Assembly: GCF_057098645.1 (NCBI RefSeq)
Contig: NZ_CM169472.1
Direction: 5' to 3' (one strand)
DNA: 64,000 nt
In this document: piece after piece, positions 1-11,119 of the stretch
Position numbering within the stretch: the stretch's first letter is position 1
How the letters are laid out: every line of letters starts with the position of its first letter
Made by a program: the position numbers and the translations under genes
The notes under the pieces: model-generated
The model's database searches: none
Seen by the model: only the letters and a program-made list of their open reading frames with translations
What the model was told of the DNA's origin: nothing

Positions 1-389
1 AAGTTGAGCAGTGCTTCAAGGCGGCCCTGGGAGACTTCAGGTTGATACGGAGTATACGCGGTATACCAGCCCGGATTTTCCAGCATGTTACGCAGGATAA
101 CCGGCGGTAGCTGCACGGCGGTGTAACCCATGCCGATGTAAGACGTGAAGCGTTTATTGCGACTGGCAATAGCCTTGAGTTCCGCCAGCGCGGCGTATTC
201 GGTCGCCGGTGCGCCAACCTGCGGCGGGGTCGCAAGCTGAATATCTTTCGGCACAATCTGGCCGGTCAGCGCGTTTAACGATTGTGCACCAACGGCATTC
301 AGCATTTCTTGCTGTTGCGCGGCGTCCGGTCCGATATGGCGTTCAATAAAAGCGCCGCTATTTTCAAGCTGGCTTAACGTCTGTGTCAT
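1..389 (-). CDS. gcvP: glycine dehydrogenase (decarboxylating) GcvP, N-terminal coding part only; gene continues past window start
   Basis: minus-strand ATG at 387-389; translation [18 protein letters not shown] matches GcvP N-terminus; no stop inside window so not in ORF track. Confidence 0.85.
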
Positions 390-506
390 GAGCGATGGTT
401 CCTGAAACGTGCAGTGAATTGTGAACCTCTCTCCTTACGAAGAGAGTGAGGGTGAGGCGTAAATTTCCTCACCCTGATCCTCTCCCGCAGAAGAGGAATA
501 AAGCCG

Positions 507-896
507 TTACTCGTCTTCTAACAATGCTTCGTATGCGGTCGCATCCAGCAGTGATTCCAGTTCGCTTTCATCGCTGGCTTTGATTTTGAAAATCCAGCCG
601 CCTGCATACGGTTCGCTGTTCACCAGTTCCGGGGAATCGCTCAGTACGTCGTTTACCGCCACGATTTCACCGCTTACTGGCGCATAAATGTCTGACGCCG
701 CTTTTACCGATTCGGCAACCGCGCAGTCATCGCCCGCGCTAACCGTCGCGCCCACTTCCGGCAGGTCAACAAACACCATATCGCCCAACAACTCCTGAGC
801 GTGTTCGGTGATGCCAACGGTATAAGTGCCGTCGGCTTCTTTACGCAGCCATTCGTGTTCTTTGCTGTATTTCAGTTCTGCTGGTACGTTGCTCAT
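507..896 (-). CDS. gcvH: glycine cleavage system H protein (lipoyl carrier)
   Basis: ORF 507..899; [19 protein letters not shown]... 129 aa from second Met. Confidence 0.95.
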   Translation of the reverse strand: MSNVPAELKYSKEHEWLRKEADGTYTVGITEHAQELLGDMVFVDLPEVGATVSAGDDCAVAESVKAASDIYAPVSGEIVAVNDVLSDSPELVNSEPYAGGWIFKIKASDESELESLLDATAYEALLEDE

Positions 897-919
897 CAAT
901 CAATCTCCAAAAAAGTAAA

Positions 920-2014
920 TCACGCGACGGCTTTGCCGTTACGCACAAAAACAGGTTTCGTCACTTTAACCGGCATTTCACGGTTGCGAATTTGCACAAT
1001 CGCTGTTTCACCAATACCTTCCGGCACGCGCGCCAGCGCAATGCTGTAACCCAGCGTCGGGGAGAAAGTCCCGCTGGTGATAATGCCTTCATGCTGGTTG
1101 CCCTGCGCATCGGTAAAACGTACCGGCAGTTCATTACGCAGCACACCTTTTTCGGTCATCACCAGACCAACCAGTTTTTCTGTACCATGCTCACGCTGCG
1201 CTTCCAGGGCTTCACGACCGATGAAGTCACGATCTGCCGGTTCCCAGGCGATAGTCCAGCCCATATTGGCGGCTAAAGGAGAAATAGTTTCGTCCATCTC
1301 CTGGCTATACAGATTCATGCCCGCTTCCAGACGCAGCGTGTCACGCGCCCCCAGGCCACATGGCTTAACGCCCGCTTCCACCAGCGCACGCCAGAAATCC
1401 GCCGCTTTTTCATTGGGCAGCGCAATTTCGTAGCCCGCTTCACCGGTGTAACCAGTGGTGGCAATAAACAGATCGCCCGCCTGCACGCCAAAGAACGGTT
1501 TCATCCCTTCCACCGCCTGACGCTGGGCGTCATTAAACAGTGTGGCAGCTTTTACCTGCGCATTCGGCCCTTGTACGGCAATCATGGAAAGGTCATCACG
1601 AACGGTAATTTCGATGCCGAAAGGTTCAGCGTGTTGGGTAATCCAGGAGAGGTCTTTTTCGCGGGTGGCGGAGTTAACAACGAGGCGGAAGAAATCTTCA
1701 GTAAAGTAGTAGACGATGAGATCATCTATCACACCGCCAGAGGCATTCAACATCCCCGAGTAAAGGGCTTTGCCGCTTTTGGTGAGCTTCGCCACATCGT
1801 TCGCCAGCAGATAACGCAGAAACTCCCGGGTGCGGCTGCCGCGAAGATCGACGATGGTCATATGTGACACATCAAACATTCCGGCATCGGTACGTACTGC
1901 ATGATGTTCGTCGATTTGCGAACCGTAATGCAGCGGCATCATCCAGCCGTGGAAATCCACCATGCGGGCGCCGCAAAGCGTGTGTTGTTCGTACAAAGGA
2001 GTCTGTTGTGCCAT
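920..2014 (-). CDS. gcvT: glycine cleavage system T protein (aminomethyltransferase)
   Basis: ORF 920..2137 trimmed to internal Met [24 protein letters not shown] (364 aa); upstream extension is ORF-caller artefact. Confidence 0.95.
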
Positions 2015-2461
2015 CTTGTCCTCATTGAATAAGCGGGGCTGACAACTTTTCCATGGTGAAATTATCACCACGAAACCCAGCATCGGAGCCACTCCCGGTC
2101 CCCAACGCAATCGTTCTCTTTTGCCTGAACTTACCACCGAAACAGACTGTTAACCATAAGGTAAAATTGATCATCACATTAGCTTATGGTTAAAAAATGC
2201 AAAAATCGCGACAGAATAAAAAACCAAAAAACACACCAGTTTCTATACAAAGATGATGTGATGAGAAAGTCAATTTGAATAAGACAATATTAAGAGCTAA
2301 AAAAATGTCAAAAAACACTAAATCAAAAAATCATGGCATTAGAAAATATAATGCGAAAACGGAGGTGAAATTAGTTTATTTCAAATGAGGAAAATCTCCC
2401 GGCGAAAAAACCGGGAGATGAAAGTGTGATGCGTATCAAATAAACAGCAGAAGAGAAATTT
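2015..2461 (-). promoter_or_regulatory. gcvTHP control region (AT-rich, expected GcvA/Lrp/PurR/CRP sites)
   Basis: about 450 bp AT-rich non-coding DNA upstream of gcvT; regulator sites assumed from established knowledge, not individually mapped. Confidence 0.5.
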
Positions 2462-3664
2462 TTAACGCAGCCATTCAGGCAAATCGTTTAATCCCATCGC
2501 CTGACGGATAAGTTGTGGCTTAACGCCAGGAAGCGTGTCGGCCAGTTTCAAACCAATATCACGCAGCAGTTTTTTCGCCGGATTGGTACCGGAAAACAGA
2601 TCGCGGAATCCCTGCATACCAGCCAGCATCAGCGCCGCGCTGTGCTTGCGGCTACGTTCATAGCGGCGCAGGTAAATGTACTGCCCGATGTCTTTACCCT
2701 GACGATGCAACCGTTTCAGTTCAGCAATCAGCTCTGCGGCGTCCATAAAGCCGAGATTAACGCCCTGCCCCGCCAGTGGGTGAATGGTATGCGCGGCGTC
2801 GCCCACCAGCGCCAGACGATGTGCGGCAAACTGGCGCGCATAACGCCCCGTCAGCGGGAACACCTGACGCTCGCTCTCAACCTTGCATAAGCCCAGGCGA
2901 TTATCAAAAGCGATATTTAACGCGCGATTAAATTCGTCTTCCCCTGCCTGCTGCATCCGCTGCGCTTCCTCTGGCGACAGCGACCAGACAATCGAGCAAA
3001 GATGCGGATCGCTAAGCGGTAAAAAGGCCAGAATGCCTTCGCCGTGGAAAACCTGCCGCGCCACCGCATCATGCGGTTCTTCCGTGCGTATGGTCGCTAC
3101 CAGCGCGTGATGCTGATAATCCCAGAAAGTCAGCGGAATATCGGCTTTGTTGCGCAACCAGGAATTAGCGCCGTCCGCGCCAATCACCAGACGCGCCGTT
3201 AACATACTGCCATCTTTCAGCGTCAGGAAGGTTTCGTTTTCTCCCCAGGCGACCTGCTGTAATTCTGCGGGGGCCAACAGAGTGATATCTGACGACTGCT
3301 GCGCTTTGTTCCACAGCGCGTAGTGAATCACTGAGTTTTCAACGATATGCCCAAGATGGCTATAGCCCATGCTTTGATCGTCAAACGAAATGTGACCAAA
3401 GCTGTCTTTGTCCCACACTTCCATACCGTGATAACAGCTGGCTCGGCGAGAGAGAATGTCCTGCCAGACGCCAAGACGGGTGAGTAATTTTTCGCTGGCG
3501 GCATTGATAGCCGAAACGCGCAGTTGTGGTGGTGCATCCGCCGCCAGAGGTTCCGGTACGCGCTGCTCCAGTACGGCAACGCGTAAGCCGCTACCCTGTA
3601 AGCCGCAGGCAACCGCCAGCCCCACCATGCCGCCGCCAACAATGGCTACATCAACACTTTGCAT
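2462..3664 (-). CDS. ubiI: 2-octaprenylphenol hydroxylase UbiI (VisC), FAD monooxygenase
   Basis: 400 aa; MQSVDVAIVGGGMVGLAVACGL Rossmann FAD motif. Confidence 0.93.
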   Translation of the reverse strand: MQSVDVAIVGGGMVGLAVACGLQGSGLRVAVLEQRVPEPLAADAPPQLRVSAINAASEKLLTRLGVWQDILSRRASCYHGMEVWDKDSFGHISFDDQSMGYSHLGHIVENSVIHYALWNKAQQSSDITLLAPAELQQVAWGENETFLTLKDGSMLTARLVIGADGANSWLRNKADIPLTFWDYQHHALVATIRTEEPHDAVARQVFHGEGILAFLPLSDPHLCSIVWSLSPEEAQRMQQAGEDEFNRALNIAFDNRLGLCKVESERQVFPLTGRYARQFAAHRLALVGDAAHTIHPLAGQGVNLGFMDAAELIAELKRLHRQGKDIGQYIYLRRYERSRKHSAALMLAGMQGFRDLFSGTNPAKKLLRDIGLKLADTLPGVKPQLIRQAMGLNDLPEWLR

Positions 3665-3686
3665 TGTTTATTCCTTAAAACCGCCT

Positions 3687-4865
3687 TCAACGCGCCACCC
3701 AACCGAGGGTGCGCTGCGCCAGCACATCGCGTGCCGGGGTGAATAATTCCATCGTCATCAGCCCGATGTTGCGCCCGACAACCAGCGGCGTCCAACGGTT
3801 GGCAAAAAGATGTACAAGGCTGTCCGTGACGCCAATGGTTGCTTCGCGATCGCTCTGTCGACGCTGCTGATAACGACACAATACGCCGTAATCACCCATG
3901 TCTTCTCCGCGCTCCTGCGCCTGAGTCAGGGTTTCCGCAAGACTCATGACATCTCGCATACCGAGGTTGAACCCTTGCCCGGCAATCGGGTGCAGGGTTT
4001 GCGCCGCATTGCCCACCAGCACGGTACGATGGGTAATAGATCTGGCGGCGTGGGTTAACGCCAGCGGATAAGCACTGCGTTTACCAGCGTGGGTAATTTT
4101 CCCAAGTCGCCAGCCAAAGGCCGACTGGAGTTCACGGCAAAACTTCTCGTCGCTCCACGACAGCACCTCTTCGCGCCGTTCCAGTGGATGACACCAGACC
4201 AGCGAACAGCGTCCGTCAGACATCGGCAACATCGCCAGCGGGCCATGTTGCGTAAAGCGTTCAAACGCGCGGCCTTCGTGCGCAACAGAAGTCGCAACGT
4301 TGGCAATCACTGCCAGTTGTTCGTAAGGCTCCTGCTGCCAGTCAACGCCGCACACAGTGGCTAACGCTGAATGGGTGCCATCAGCGGCTACCAGCACGCG
4401 GCCCGTCAGCGTCTCGCCACACTCCAGCGTCACTTCAACATGACTCTGAGTACGGGCAACGTTAGCCACGCGATCCGGGCAATGCAGCGTTACGCCAGGT
4501 GCTTTGCGCAGCAATGCAAACAGCCGTTGCCCGACATTGTGCAATTCGACAACCTGCCCCAGCGCCGCCAGTTGGTAATCTTCTGCGGCGAGGGTGACGA
4601 ATCCGGCATGACCACGATCGCTGACATGCACGGTAGTGATGGCGGTTGCGCAATCAGCCAGAGATTGCCAGACGCCGATGCGCGCCAGTTGCTGACAGGT
4701 CCCCGCCGCTAGAGCAATAGCTCGTCCATCAAAGCCCGGATGAGCATGTGACTCTGGCGCGGTCGCTTCAATCAAATGTACCGGCAGCGCTCCGTGACTT
4801 AACCGGGAAATAGCCAGCGCCAGCGTCGCGCCCGCCATGCCGCCACCGACGATGATTACGCTCAT
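3687..4865 (-). CDS. ubiH: 2-octaprenyl-6-methoxyphenol hydroxylase UbiH
   Basis: 392 aa; MSVIIVGGGMAGATLALAIS FAD motif. Confidence 0.93.
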   Translation of the reverse strand: MSVIIVGGGMAGATLALAISRLSHGALPVHLIEATAPESHAHPGFDGRAIALAAGTCQQLARIGVWQSLADCATAITTVHVSDRGHAGFVTLAAEDYQLAALGQVVELHNVGQRLFALLRKAPGVTLHCPDRVANVARTQSHVEVTLECGETLTGRVLVAADGTHSALATVCGVDWQQEPYEQLAVIANVATSVAHEGRAFERFTQHGPLAMLPMSDGRCSLVWCHPLERREEVLSWSDEKFCRELQSAFGWRLGKITHAGKRSAYPLALTHAARSITHRTVLVGNAAQTLHPIAGQGFNLGMRDVMSLAETLTQAQERGEDMGDYGVLCRYQQRRQSDREATIGVTDSLVHLFANRWTPLVVGRNIGLMTMELFTPARDVLAQRTLGWVAR

Positions 4866-6187
4866 TGCTTTCTCGCAGCTGCCATCAACGCTTCGATTTC
4901 TTCCGGCTTTTTCACCACGCTGGCGGTGAGGTTTTCGTTACCGGTTTCGGTAATCACAATGTCGTCTTCAATACGAATGCCGATACCGCGATATTGTTCT
5001 GGCACTTCTGCATCCGGCGCAATATACAGCCCTGGCTCTACGGTCAGTACCATGCCCGGTTCCAGAATGCGCGAGCGATCCTGACCATAAACACCCACGT
5101 CATGGACATCCAGTCCTAACCAGTGGCTAAGGCCATGCATAAAGAAAGGACGATGGGCGTTCTGAGCGATCAGTTCATCAACATCACCTTTCAGGATGCC
5201 GAGTTTTACCAGGCCGCTAACCATGATGCGCACCACTTCACCGGTGACTTCCTGAATGGAAGTTCCCGGACGATACAGGCGCAGGCTGGTTTCGAGAGAC
5301 TCCAGCACAATGTCGTAGATTTCACGCTGAGCCTGAGTGAATTTGCCGTTGACCGGGAAGGTGCGGGTAATATCGCCAGCGTAACCTTTGTATTCGCAAC
5401 CCGCGTCAATCAACACCAGATCGCCGTCGCGCAGTTCACACTCGTTTTCGGTGTAATGCAGAATGCAGCCGTTTTCACCGCTGCCGACAATGGTGTTATA
5501 GGAAGGATAGCGCGCGCCGTGGCGGTTAAATTCGTGGTGAATTTCGCCTTCCAGGTGGTACTCGAACATTCCCGGACGGCATTTTTCCATCGCCCGGGTA
5601 TGCGCCAGGGCGGTGATTTCACCCGCGCGGCGAAGTACGGCAATCTCTTCCGGCGATTTGAACAGGCGCATTTCATGAACAATGGGACGCCAGTCGATCA
5701 TCGTTGCCGGCGCGGTGAGATTTTGCCGCGAACCTTTACGCAGTTTCTCAAGCGCGCTGTTCACGATTTCATCAGCATATGCATATTCGCCCTGGGCGTG
5801 GTAAACCACATCCAGACCATTAAGTAGTTGATAAAGTTGCTGATTAATTTCGCTGAATGCCAGTGCGCGGTCAACGCCCAGTTTCTCTGGCGCGGCATCC
5901 TGACCTAAACGACGGCCAAACCAGATCTCCGCCGTCAGGTCGCGAACGCGGTTAAACAGAACGCTGTGGTTATGAGTGTCATCGCTTTTAATCAGCACCA
6001 GCACCGCTTCCGGTTCGTTAAAGCCGGTGAAGTACCAGAAGTCACTGTTCTGACGATAGGGGTATTCGCTGTCGGCGCTACGTGTTACTTCTGGTGCAGC
6101 AAAAATCAGCGCGGCGCTGCCGGGTTGCATTTGCTCCACCAGGGCCTGACGGCGACGCTGAAACTCTTGCCGGGATATCTCACTCAT
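4862..6187 (-). CDS. pepP: Xaa-Pro aminopeptidase (aminopeptidase P II)
   Basis: ORF 4862..6400 trimmed to MSEISRQEFQRRRQAL (441 aa); 4-bp overlap with ubiH start. Confidence 0.93.
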   Translation of the reverse strand: MSEISRQEFQRRRQALVEQMQPGSAALIFAAPEVTRSADSEYPYRQNSDFWYFTGFNEPEAVLVLIKSDDTHNHSVLFNRVRDLTAEIWFGRRLGQDAAPEKLGVDRALAFSEINQQLYQLLNGLDVVYHAQGEYAYADEIVNSALEKLRKGSRQNLTAPATMIDWRPIVHEMRLFKSPEEIAVLRRAGEITALAHTRAMEKCRPGMFEYHLEGEIHHEFNRHGARYPSYNTIVGSGENGCILHYTENECELRDGDLVLIDAGCEYKGYAGDITRTFPVNGKFTQAQREIYDIVLESLETSLRLYRPGTSIQEVTGEVVRIMVSGLVKLGILKGDVDELIAQNAHRPFFMHGLSHWLGLDVHDVGVYGQDRSRILEPGMVLTVEPGLYIAPDAEVPEQYRGIGIRIEDDIVITETGNENLTASVVKKPEEIEALMAAARKQ

Positions 6188-6212
6188 AACACTCTCCTTA
6201 CGTTTTTTGTTT

Positions 6213-6791
6213 TTAGTGTAGAGTCGGTTTTTGTACTTCTGGCGCGGTCGGTTGCGGATGAGTAAAGGTGTCGTGGCATAACAGCGCGGCAACACGGACG
6301 TACTCGATGATCTCTTCAAGCGACATTTCAAGCTCTTCCTGATCTTCGTCTTCGTCGTAGCCCAGCTGCGCGATGTTACGCAGATCGTCGATGGCTTCAC
6401 CGGTTTCTCCGGTCACTTTGTCCAGCTTCGGTTGCGTAACGCCAAGACCAAGCAGGAAGTGATTGACCCAACCTGCCAGTGCATCAGCCCGATCGAAAAC
6501 GCTGACATCATCGCCATCAGGCAGATAAAGCTGAAAAAGGAAGCCGTCATCCTGCAGGGCATCGCTGGTGGCAGAGTGCATTTTACGCAGTGCCTGTGCC
6601 AGCTCATGACCGAAAGCCATGCCTTCGTTCGTCAGGTCGTGAAGTAGCGGCAGCCATGAGCTGTCATCGTTACCGCCACATATCATCCCACTGATTAAAC
6701 CATGCATCTCAGCAGGGGTCAGACCCGTCCCTTGTTGGTTCAGATACTGGTTCATTTCGTTGTAACCAGGCATTTCGTTCTGTATAGACAT
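6213..6791 (-). CDS. ygfB: UPF0149 family protein YgfB
   Basis: ORF 6213..6797; [17 protein letters not shown]; acidic C-terminal region. Confidence 0.88.
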
Positions 6792-6892
6792 AAGCATTCG
6801 TCGTCAAAGGGAGGAATATTCATGATATGCTACCACTTTGGGCCCTGGTGGACCAGAAAAGGGCTTGTCTCTTCTCATCAGGGTAGCTATAG

Positions 6893-7288
<396 letters not shown>

Positions 7289-7329
7289 CACTTTTCGGTT
7301 TACTGTGGTAGAGTAACCGTGAAGACAAA

Positions 7330-7513
7330 ATTTCTCTGAGATGTTCGCAAGCGGGCCAGTCCCCTGAGCCGATATTTCATACCACAAGAATGTGGCGCTC
7401 CGCGGTTGGTGAGCATGCTCGGTCCGTCCGAGAAGCCTTAAAACTGCGACGACACATTCACCTTGAACCAAGGGTTCAAGGGTTACAGCCTGCGGCGGCA
7501 TCTCGGAGATTCC
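7330..7513 (+). ncRNA. ssrS: 6S RNA (RNA polymerase sigma70 holoenzyme regulator)
   Basis: sequence ATTTCTCTGAGATGTTCGCAAGCGGGCCAGTCCCCTGAGCC...CTCGGAGATTCCC recognised as 6S RNA, located between zapA and fau as in reference; ends approximate. Confidence 0.9.
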
Positions 7514-7587
7514 CTTCTTATCTGGCACCAGCCATGACGCATCTACCAGAACTCCCACTGATATTATCCCGACAAGAAATCCGCAAA

Positions 7588-8136
7588 ATGATTCGGCAAC
7601 GTCGTCGTGCGTTAACGCCGGAACAACAGCAGGAAATGGGTCAACAAGCCGCTACCCGGATGATGACTTATCCCCCGGTGGTGATGGCACATACGGTCGC
7701 TGTATTCCTCTCTTTTGATGGCGAACTCGACACCCAGCCACTCATAGAACAACTCTGGCGCGCCGGTAAGCGCGTATATCTTCCAGTTTTGCATCCCTTT
7801 AGTGCCGGTAATTTGCTGTTCCTGAATTACCATCCGCAAAGTGAACTGGTGATGAACAGGTTGAAGATCCATGAGCCAAAACTGGATGTGCGTGACGTGC
7901 TACCCCTTTCCCGATTAGACGTGTTGATCACACCGCTGGTCGCCTTTGATGAGTACGGTCAGCGCCTGGGAATGGGCGGAGGTTTTTATGATCGGACCTT
8001 ACAAAACTGGCAGCACTATAAAATGCAACCGGTGGGTTATGCGCATGATTGTCAGTTGGTGGAAAAACTCCCCGTTGAAGAGTGGGATATCCCTCTTCCT
8101 GCGGTGGTTACACCGTCGAAAATCTGGGAGTGGTGA
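7588..8136 (+). CDS. fau: 5-formyltetrahydrofolate cyclo-ligase
   Basis: ORF 7390..8136 trimmed to MIRQRRRALTPEQQQEMGQQ (182 aa); upstream part of ORF overlaps ssrS and is not coding. Confidence 0.88.
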   Translation: MIRQRRRALTPEQQQEMGQQAATRMMTYPPVVMAHTVAVFLSFDGELDTQPLIEQLWRAGKRVYLPVLHPFSAGNLLFLNYHPQSELVMNRLKIHEPKLDVRDVLPLSRLDVLITPLVAFDEYGQRLGMGGGFYDRTLQNWQHYKMQPVGYAHDCQLVEKLPVEEWDIPLPAVVTPSKIWEW

Positions 8137-8196
8137 GGGCGACACACCTGCATCGCCCTGATTGACATCGTTGATTCTTTAACCTAATTTAGTGAG

Positions 8197-8336
8197 TAAG
8201 GGTAAGGGAGGATTGCTCCTCCCCTGTGACTGACTGTTAATAAGCGCTGAAACTTATGAGTAACAGTACAATCAGTATGATGACAAGTCGCATCATAACC
8301 CTTCTCCTTCAAGCCCTCGCTTCGGTGAGGGCTTTA
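8197..8336 (+). ncRNA. sibC: Sib antitoxin sRNA, copy 1 (SibC-like)
   Basis: sigma70-like promoter TTGACA(8162-8167)-17 nt-TAATTT(8185-8190); GC hairpin GCCCTCGCTTCGGTGAGGGC plus TTTA at 8313-8336; fully antisense to ibs ORF; ends approximate. Confidence 0.7.
8237..8296 (-). CDS. ibsC: Ibs type I toxin peptide, copy 1 (19 aa, MMRLVIILIVLLLISFSAY)
   Basis: hand-translated minus-strand 20-codon ORF, hydrophobic, preceded by AGGAGA RBS; too short for ORF track. Confidence 0.8.
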   Translation of the reverse strand: MMRLVIILIVLLLISFSAY

Positions 8337-8588
8337 CCGTTACAGCCCCATGCTGCCCTGCTATCGTAAACTCTCTTTAAATAAGCACAACGCATTGATC
8401 TACCTTTAAATTTTTTCTTCGAGCGCACTCGTAAAACGTCATGTAAGACAGACACACATTGCAGGGATAAGGGATGAATTACGGCAGTAAACGTGGGCGA
8501 TGAAGTGTCTATCAAATGATCGGTTCAGGGCGATACATCCCGCATCGCCCTGATTGACATCGTTGATTCTTTGACCTAATTTAGTGAG

Positions 8589-8728
8589 TAAGGGTAAGGG
8601 AGGATGACTCCTCCCCTGAGACTGACTGTTAATAAGCTGGGAAACTTATGAGTAACAGTACAATCAGTATGATGACAAGTCGCATCATAACCCTTCTCCT
8701 TCAAGCCCTCGCTTCGGTGAGGGCTTTA
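8589..8728 (+). ncRNA. Sib antitoxin sRNA, copy 2
   Basis: same promoter and terminator architecture shifted by 392 bp. Confidence 0.65.
8629..8688 (-). CDS. Ibs type I toxin peptide, copy 2 (19 aa, MMRLVIILIVLLLISFPAY)
   Basis: hand-translated minus-strand ORF; differs from copy 1 at one residue (S to P). Confidence 0.75.
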   Translation of the reverse strand: MMRLVIILIVLLLISFPAY

Positions 8729-8916
8729 CCGTTACAGCCCTGTGCTGTCCTGCCATCGTAAATCCCCATTAAATAAACACAACGCATTGATCTGACTGTG
8801 ATTTATTTTCTGGAGCAGACTCGCAAAGTAGAATGCGCAACGCGGCAACGGTGTGGAGAAGGGATAAAAAAACGGGCAAGTCAGTGACCTGCCCGTTGAT
8901 TTTCAGAGAAGGGGAA

Positions 8917-10149
8917 TTAGTACAGCAGACGGGCGCGAATGGTACCCGGAATAGCTTTCATTGCCTGCAGCGCTTTTTCGGCAACGTCTTCGTCGGCTTC
9001 AATATCAATAACCACATAACCCATCTGGGCGGAAGTTTGTAGATATTGCGCGGCGATGTTGACGCCCTGCTCGGCGAAGATTTTGTTCAGCGCAGTTAGC
9101 ACGCCCGGACGGTTTTCGTGGATGTGCATCAGACGACGCCCACCGTGCAGTGGCAGCGAGACTTCCGGGAAGTTCACCGCAGAGAGCGTTGAGCCATTGT
9201 CAGAATACTTGATCAATTTACCCGCAACTTCCAGGCCGATATTCTCCTGCGCTTCCTGAGTCGAACCGCCAATGTGTGGCGTCAGAAGGACATTGTCGAA
9301 TTCACACAGCGGAGAGGTAAATGGATCGCTATTGGTCGCTGGTTCCGTCGGGAATACGTCGATTGCCGCCCCCGCCAGATGTTTGCTCGCCAGCGCATCA
9401 CACAGCGCCGGAATATCCACCACAGTACCGCGCGAGGCATTAATCAGCAGCGAGCCGGGCTTCATTAGTGAAATCTCTTTCGCACCCATCATATTTTTGG
9501 TGGACGGATTCTCTGGTACATGCAGACTCACCACATCGCTCATATTCAGCAGGTCAGAAAGATGCTGTACCTGAGTGGCGTTGCCCAGCGGCAGTTTATT
9601 TTCAATATCATAAAAGTAAACATACATTCCCAGCGATTCAGCCAGAATGCCCAATTGCGTACCAATATGACCGTAGCCGATGATACCCAGCTTTTTGCCG
9701 CGCGCTTCAAAAGACCCCGCCGCCAGTTTGTTCCACACGCCACGGTGCGCTTTAGCATTGGCTTCCGGCACGCCGCGCAATAGCAGCAGCAGTTCGCCAA
9801 TCACCAGCTCCGCAACAGAGCGCGTATTTGAGAACGGTGCGTTAAATACCGGGATCCCGCGCTTTGCCGCCGCATCCAGATCAACCTGGTTTGTTCCGAT
9901 ACAGAAACAGCCAATAGCGACCAGCTTTTCTGCGGCGTTGATCACGTCTTCAGTCAGATGGGTACGGGATCGCAGGCCGATGAAGTGGGCATCGCGGATG
10001 GATTCTTTTAATTGTTCATCATCCAGCGCGCCTTTGTGAAATTCGATGTTGGTGTAACCAGCTGCACGAAGGCTTTCCAGCGCCTTTTGGTGCACGCCTT
10101 CTACCAGCAGAAACTTAATCTTGTCTTTCTCCAGCGATACCTTTGCCAT
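8917..10149 (-). CDS. serA: D-3-phosphoglycerate dehydrogenase
   Basis: 410 aa; MAKVSLEKDKIKFLLVEGVHQKALESLRAAGYTNIEFHKGALDDEQLKESIRDAHFIGLRSRTHL. Confidence 0.97.
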   Translation of the reverse strand: MAKVSLEKDKIKFLLVEGVHQKALESLRAAGYTNIEFHKGALDDEQLKESIRDAHFIGLRSRTHLTEDVINAAEKLVAIGCFCIGTNQVDLDAAAKRGIPVFNAPFSNTRSVAELVIGELLLLLRGVPEANAKAHRGVWNKLAAGSFEARGKKLGIIGYGHIGTQLGILAESLGMYVYFYDIENKLPLGNATQVQHLSDLLNMSDVVSLHVPENPSTKNMMGAKEISLMKPGSLLINASRGTVVDIPALCDALASKHLAGAAIDVFPTEPATNSDPFTSPLCEFDNVLLTPHIGGSTQEAQENIGLEVAGKLIKYSDNGSTLSAVNFPEVSLPLHGGRRLMHIHENRPGVLTALNKIFAEQGVNIAAQYLQTSAQMGYVVIDIEADEDVAEKALQAMKAIPGTIRARLLY

Positions 10150-10404
10150 TTACCCAATCCTGTCTTTTGAAATGTTGTGTGCGGATTTGCGTCCGCCTTT
10201 CAACATATCAAAAAATAATATTGCGGCAATATGAACGTTTGCGTCGCGATGTTGAGGAAATATCACGCAAAGGCCATTCTTGGATGAATATGCTGGTTTA
10301 GAGGATTTATTTAGAGCAATCGACAATAGCCAGGTAAAAACGTGACACATGTCACCAAATTTAATGAAGAGAATTTTTTTAACGGGGGAGGTTCCCCCGT
10401 CAGA

Positions 10405-11064
10405 TCATTTCACAATGGTTTTGACACCGTCAGGTGTGCCAATCAGCGCAACGTCCGCGCCACGGTTAGCAAACAAGCCAACAGTCACCACGCCAGGAAT
10501 CGCATTTATGGCGTTTTCCATCGCTATCGGGTCAAGGATTTCCATGCCGTGGACGTCGAGGATCACGTTGCCATTATCGGTCACCACGCCCTGACGGTAT
10601 TCCGGACGACCGCCCAGTTTCACCAGCTGGCGCGCCACTGCACTACGTGCCATCGGAATAACTTCTACTGGCAGCGGGAATTTGCCCAGAATATCAACCT
10701 GCTTGGAGGCGTCGGCAATACAGATAAATTTTTCCGCAACCGAAGCAATGATTTTTTCACGGGTCAGCGCCGCGCCGCCGCCTTTGATCATTTGCATGTG
10801 GCCGTTGATTTCATCTGCGCCATCAACGTAGATGCCAAGGCTGTCGACTTCGTTGAGATCAAAAACGTGAATGCCGAGGCTTTTCAGTTTTTCAGTGGAA
10901 GCATCTGAACTGGAAACGGCCCCTTCAATCTGGCCTTTCATCGTGCCGAGCGCGTCAATAAAGTGTGCGGCGGTGGAACCTGTGCCTACACCAACAATGG
11001 TGCCGGGCTGAACATACTGAAGTGCCGCCCATCCTACTGCTTTTTTCAATTCATCCTGCGTCAT
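10405..11064 (-). CDS. rpiA: ribose-5-phosphate isomerase A
   Basis: ORF 10405..11136 trimmed to [35 protein letters not shown] (219 aa). Confidence 0.95.
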
Positions 11065-11119
11065 GATCGTTTCGCCTGTGGTATGAAATTTCACACGCAT
11101 TATATACAAAAAAAGCGAT

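Larger units (their letters stand above)
8150..8792. repeat. tandem direct repeat, two units with 392-bp period (conserved cores about 8150-8400 and 8542-8792), each carrying a Sib/Ibs module
   Basis: near-identical blocks CATCGCCCTGATTGACATCGTTGATTCTTT...CACAACGCATTGATCT found twice. Confidence 0.9.

Noticed and set aside
920-2137. Long N-terminal extensions in ORF-track entries (gcvT, pepP, rpiA, fbaA, pgk, epd, tktA, loiP, yggR, scpC-upstream and others)
   Set aside because: Extensions run to the first upstream in-frame ATG/GTG only; the recognised protein N-termini start at internal Met codons with RBS-like sequences, so the extensions are ORF-caller artefacts.
7390-7587. Longer fau/ygfA start overlapping the 6S RNA gene
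   Set aside because: The 5-prime part of the ORF coincides with the ssrS sequence itself; the accepted 182-aa product starts at MIRQRRR (7588).
8150-8792. Possible CRISPR array suggested by tandem repeats
   Set aside because: Only two copies of a 392-bp unit that contain promoter, ORF and terminator; no short repeat-spacer periodicity and no cas genes. Explained as Sib/Ibs modules. REP/BIME clusters elsewhere were likewise rejected as CRISPR.
10370-10400. GGGGGAGGTTCCCCC hairpin as rpiA terminator
   Set aside because: The T-run lies 5-prime of the hairpin on the plus strand and an A-run follows it on the rpiA strand, so it is not a canonical intrinsic terminator in either direction; left unannotated.
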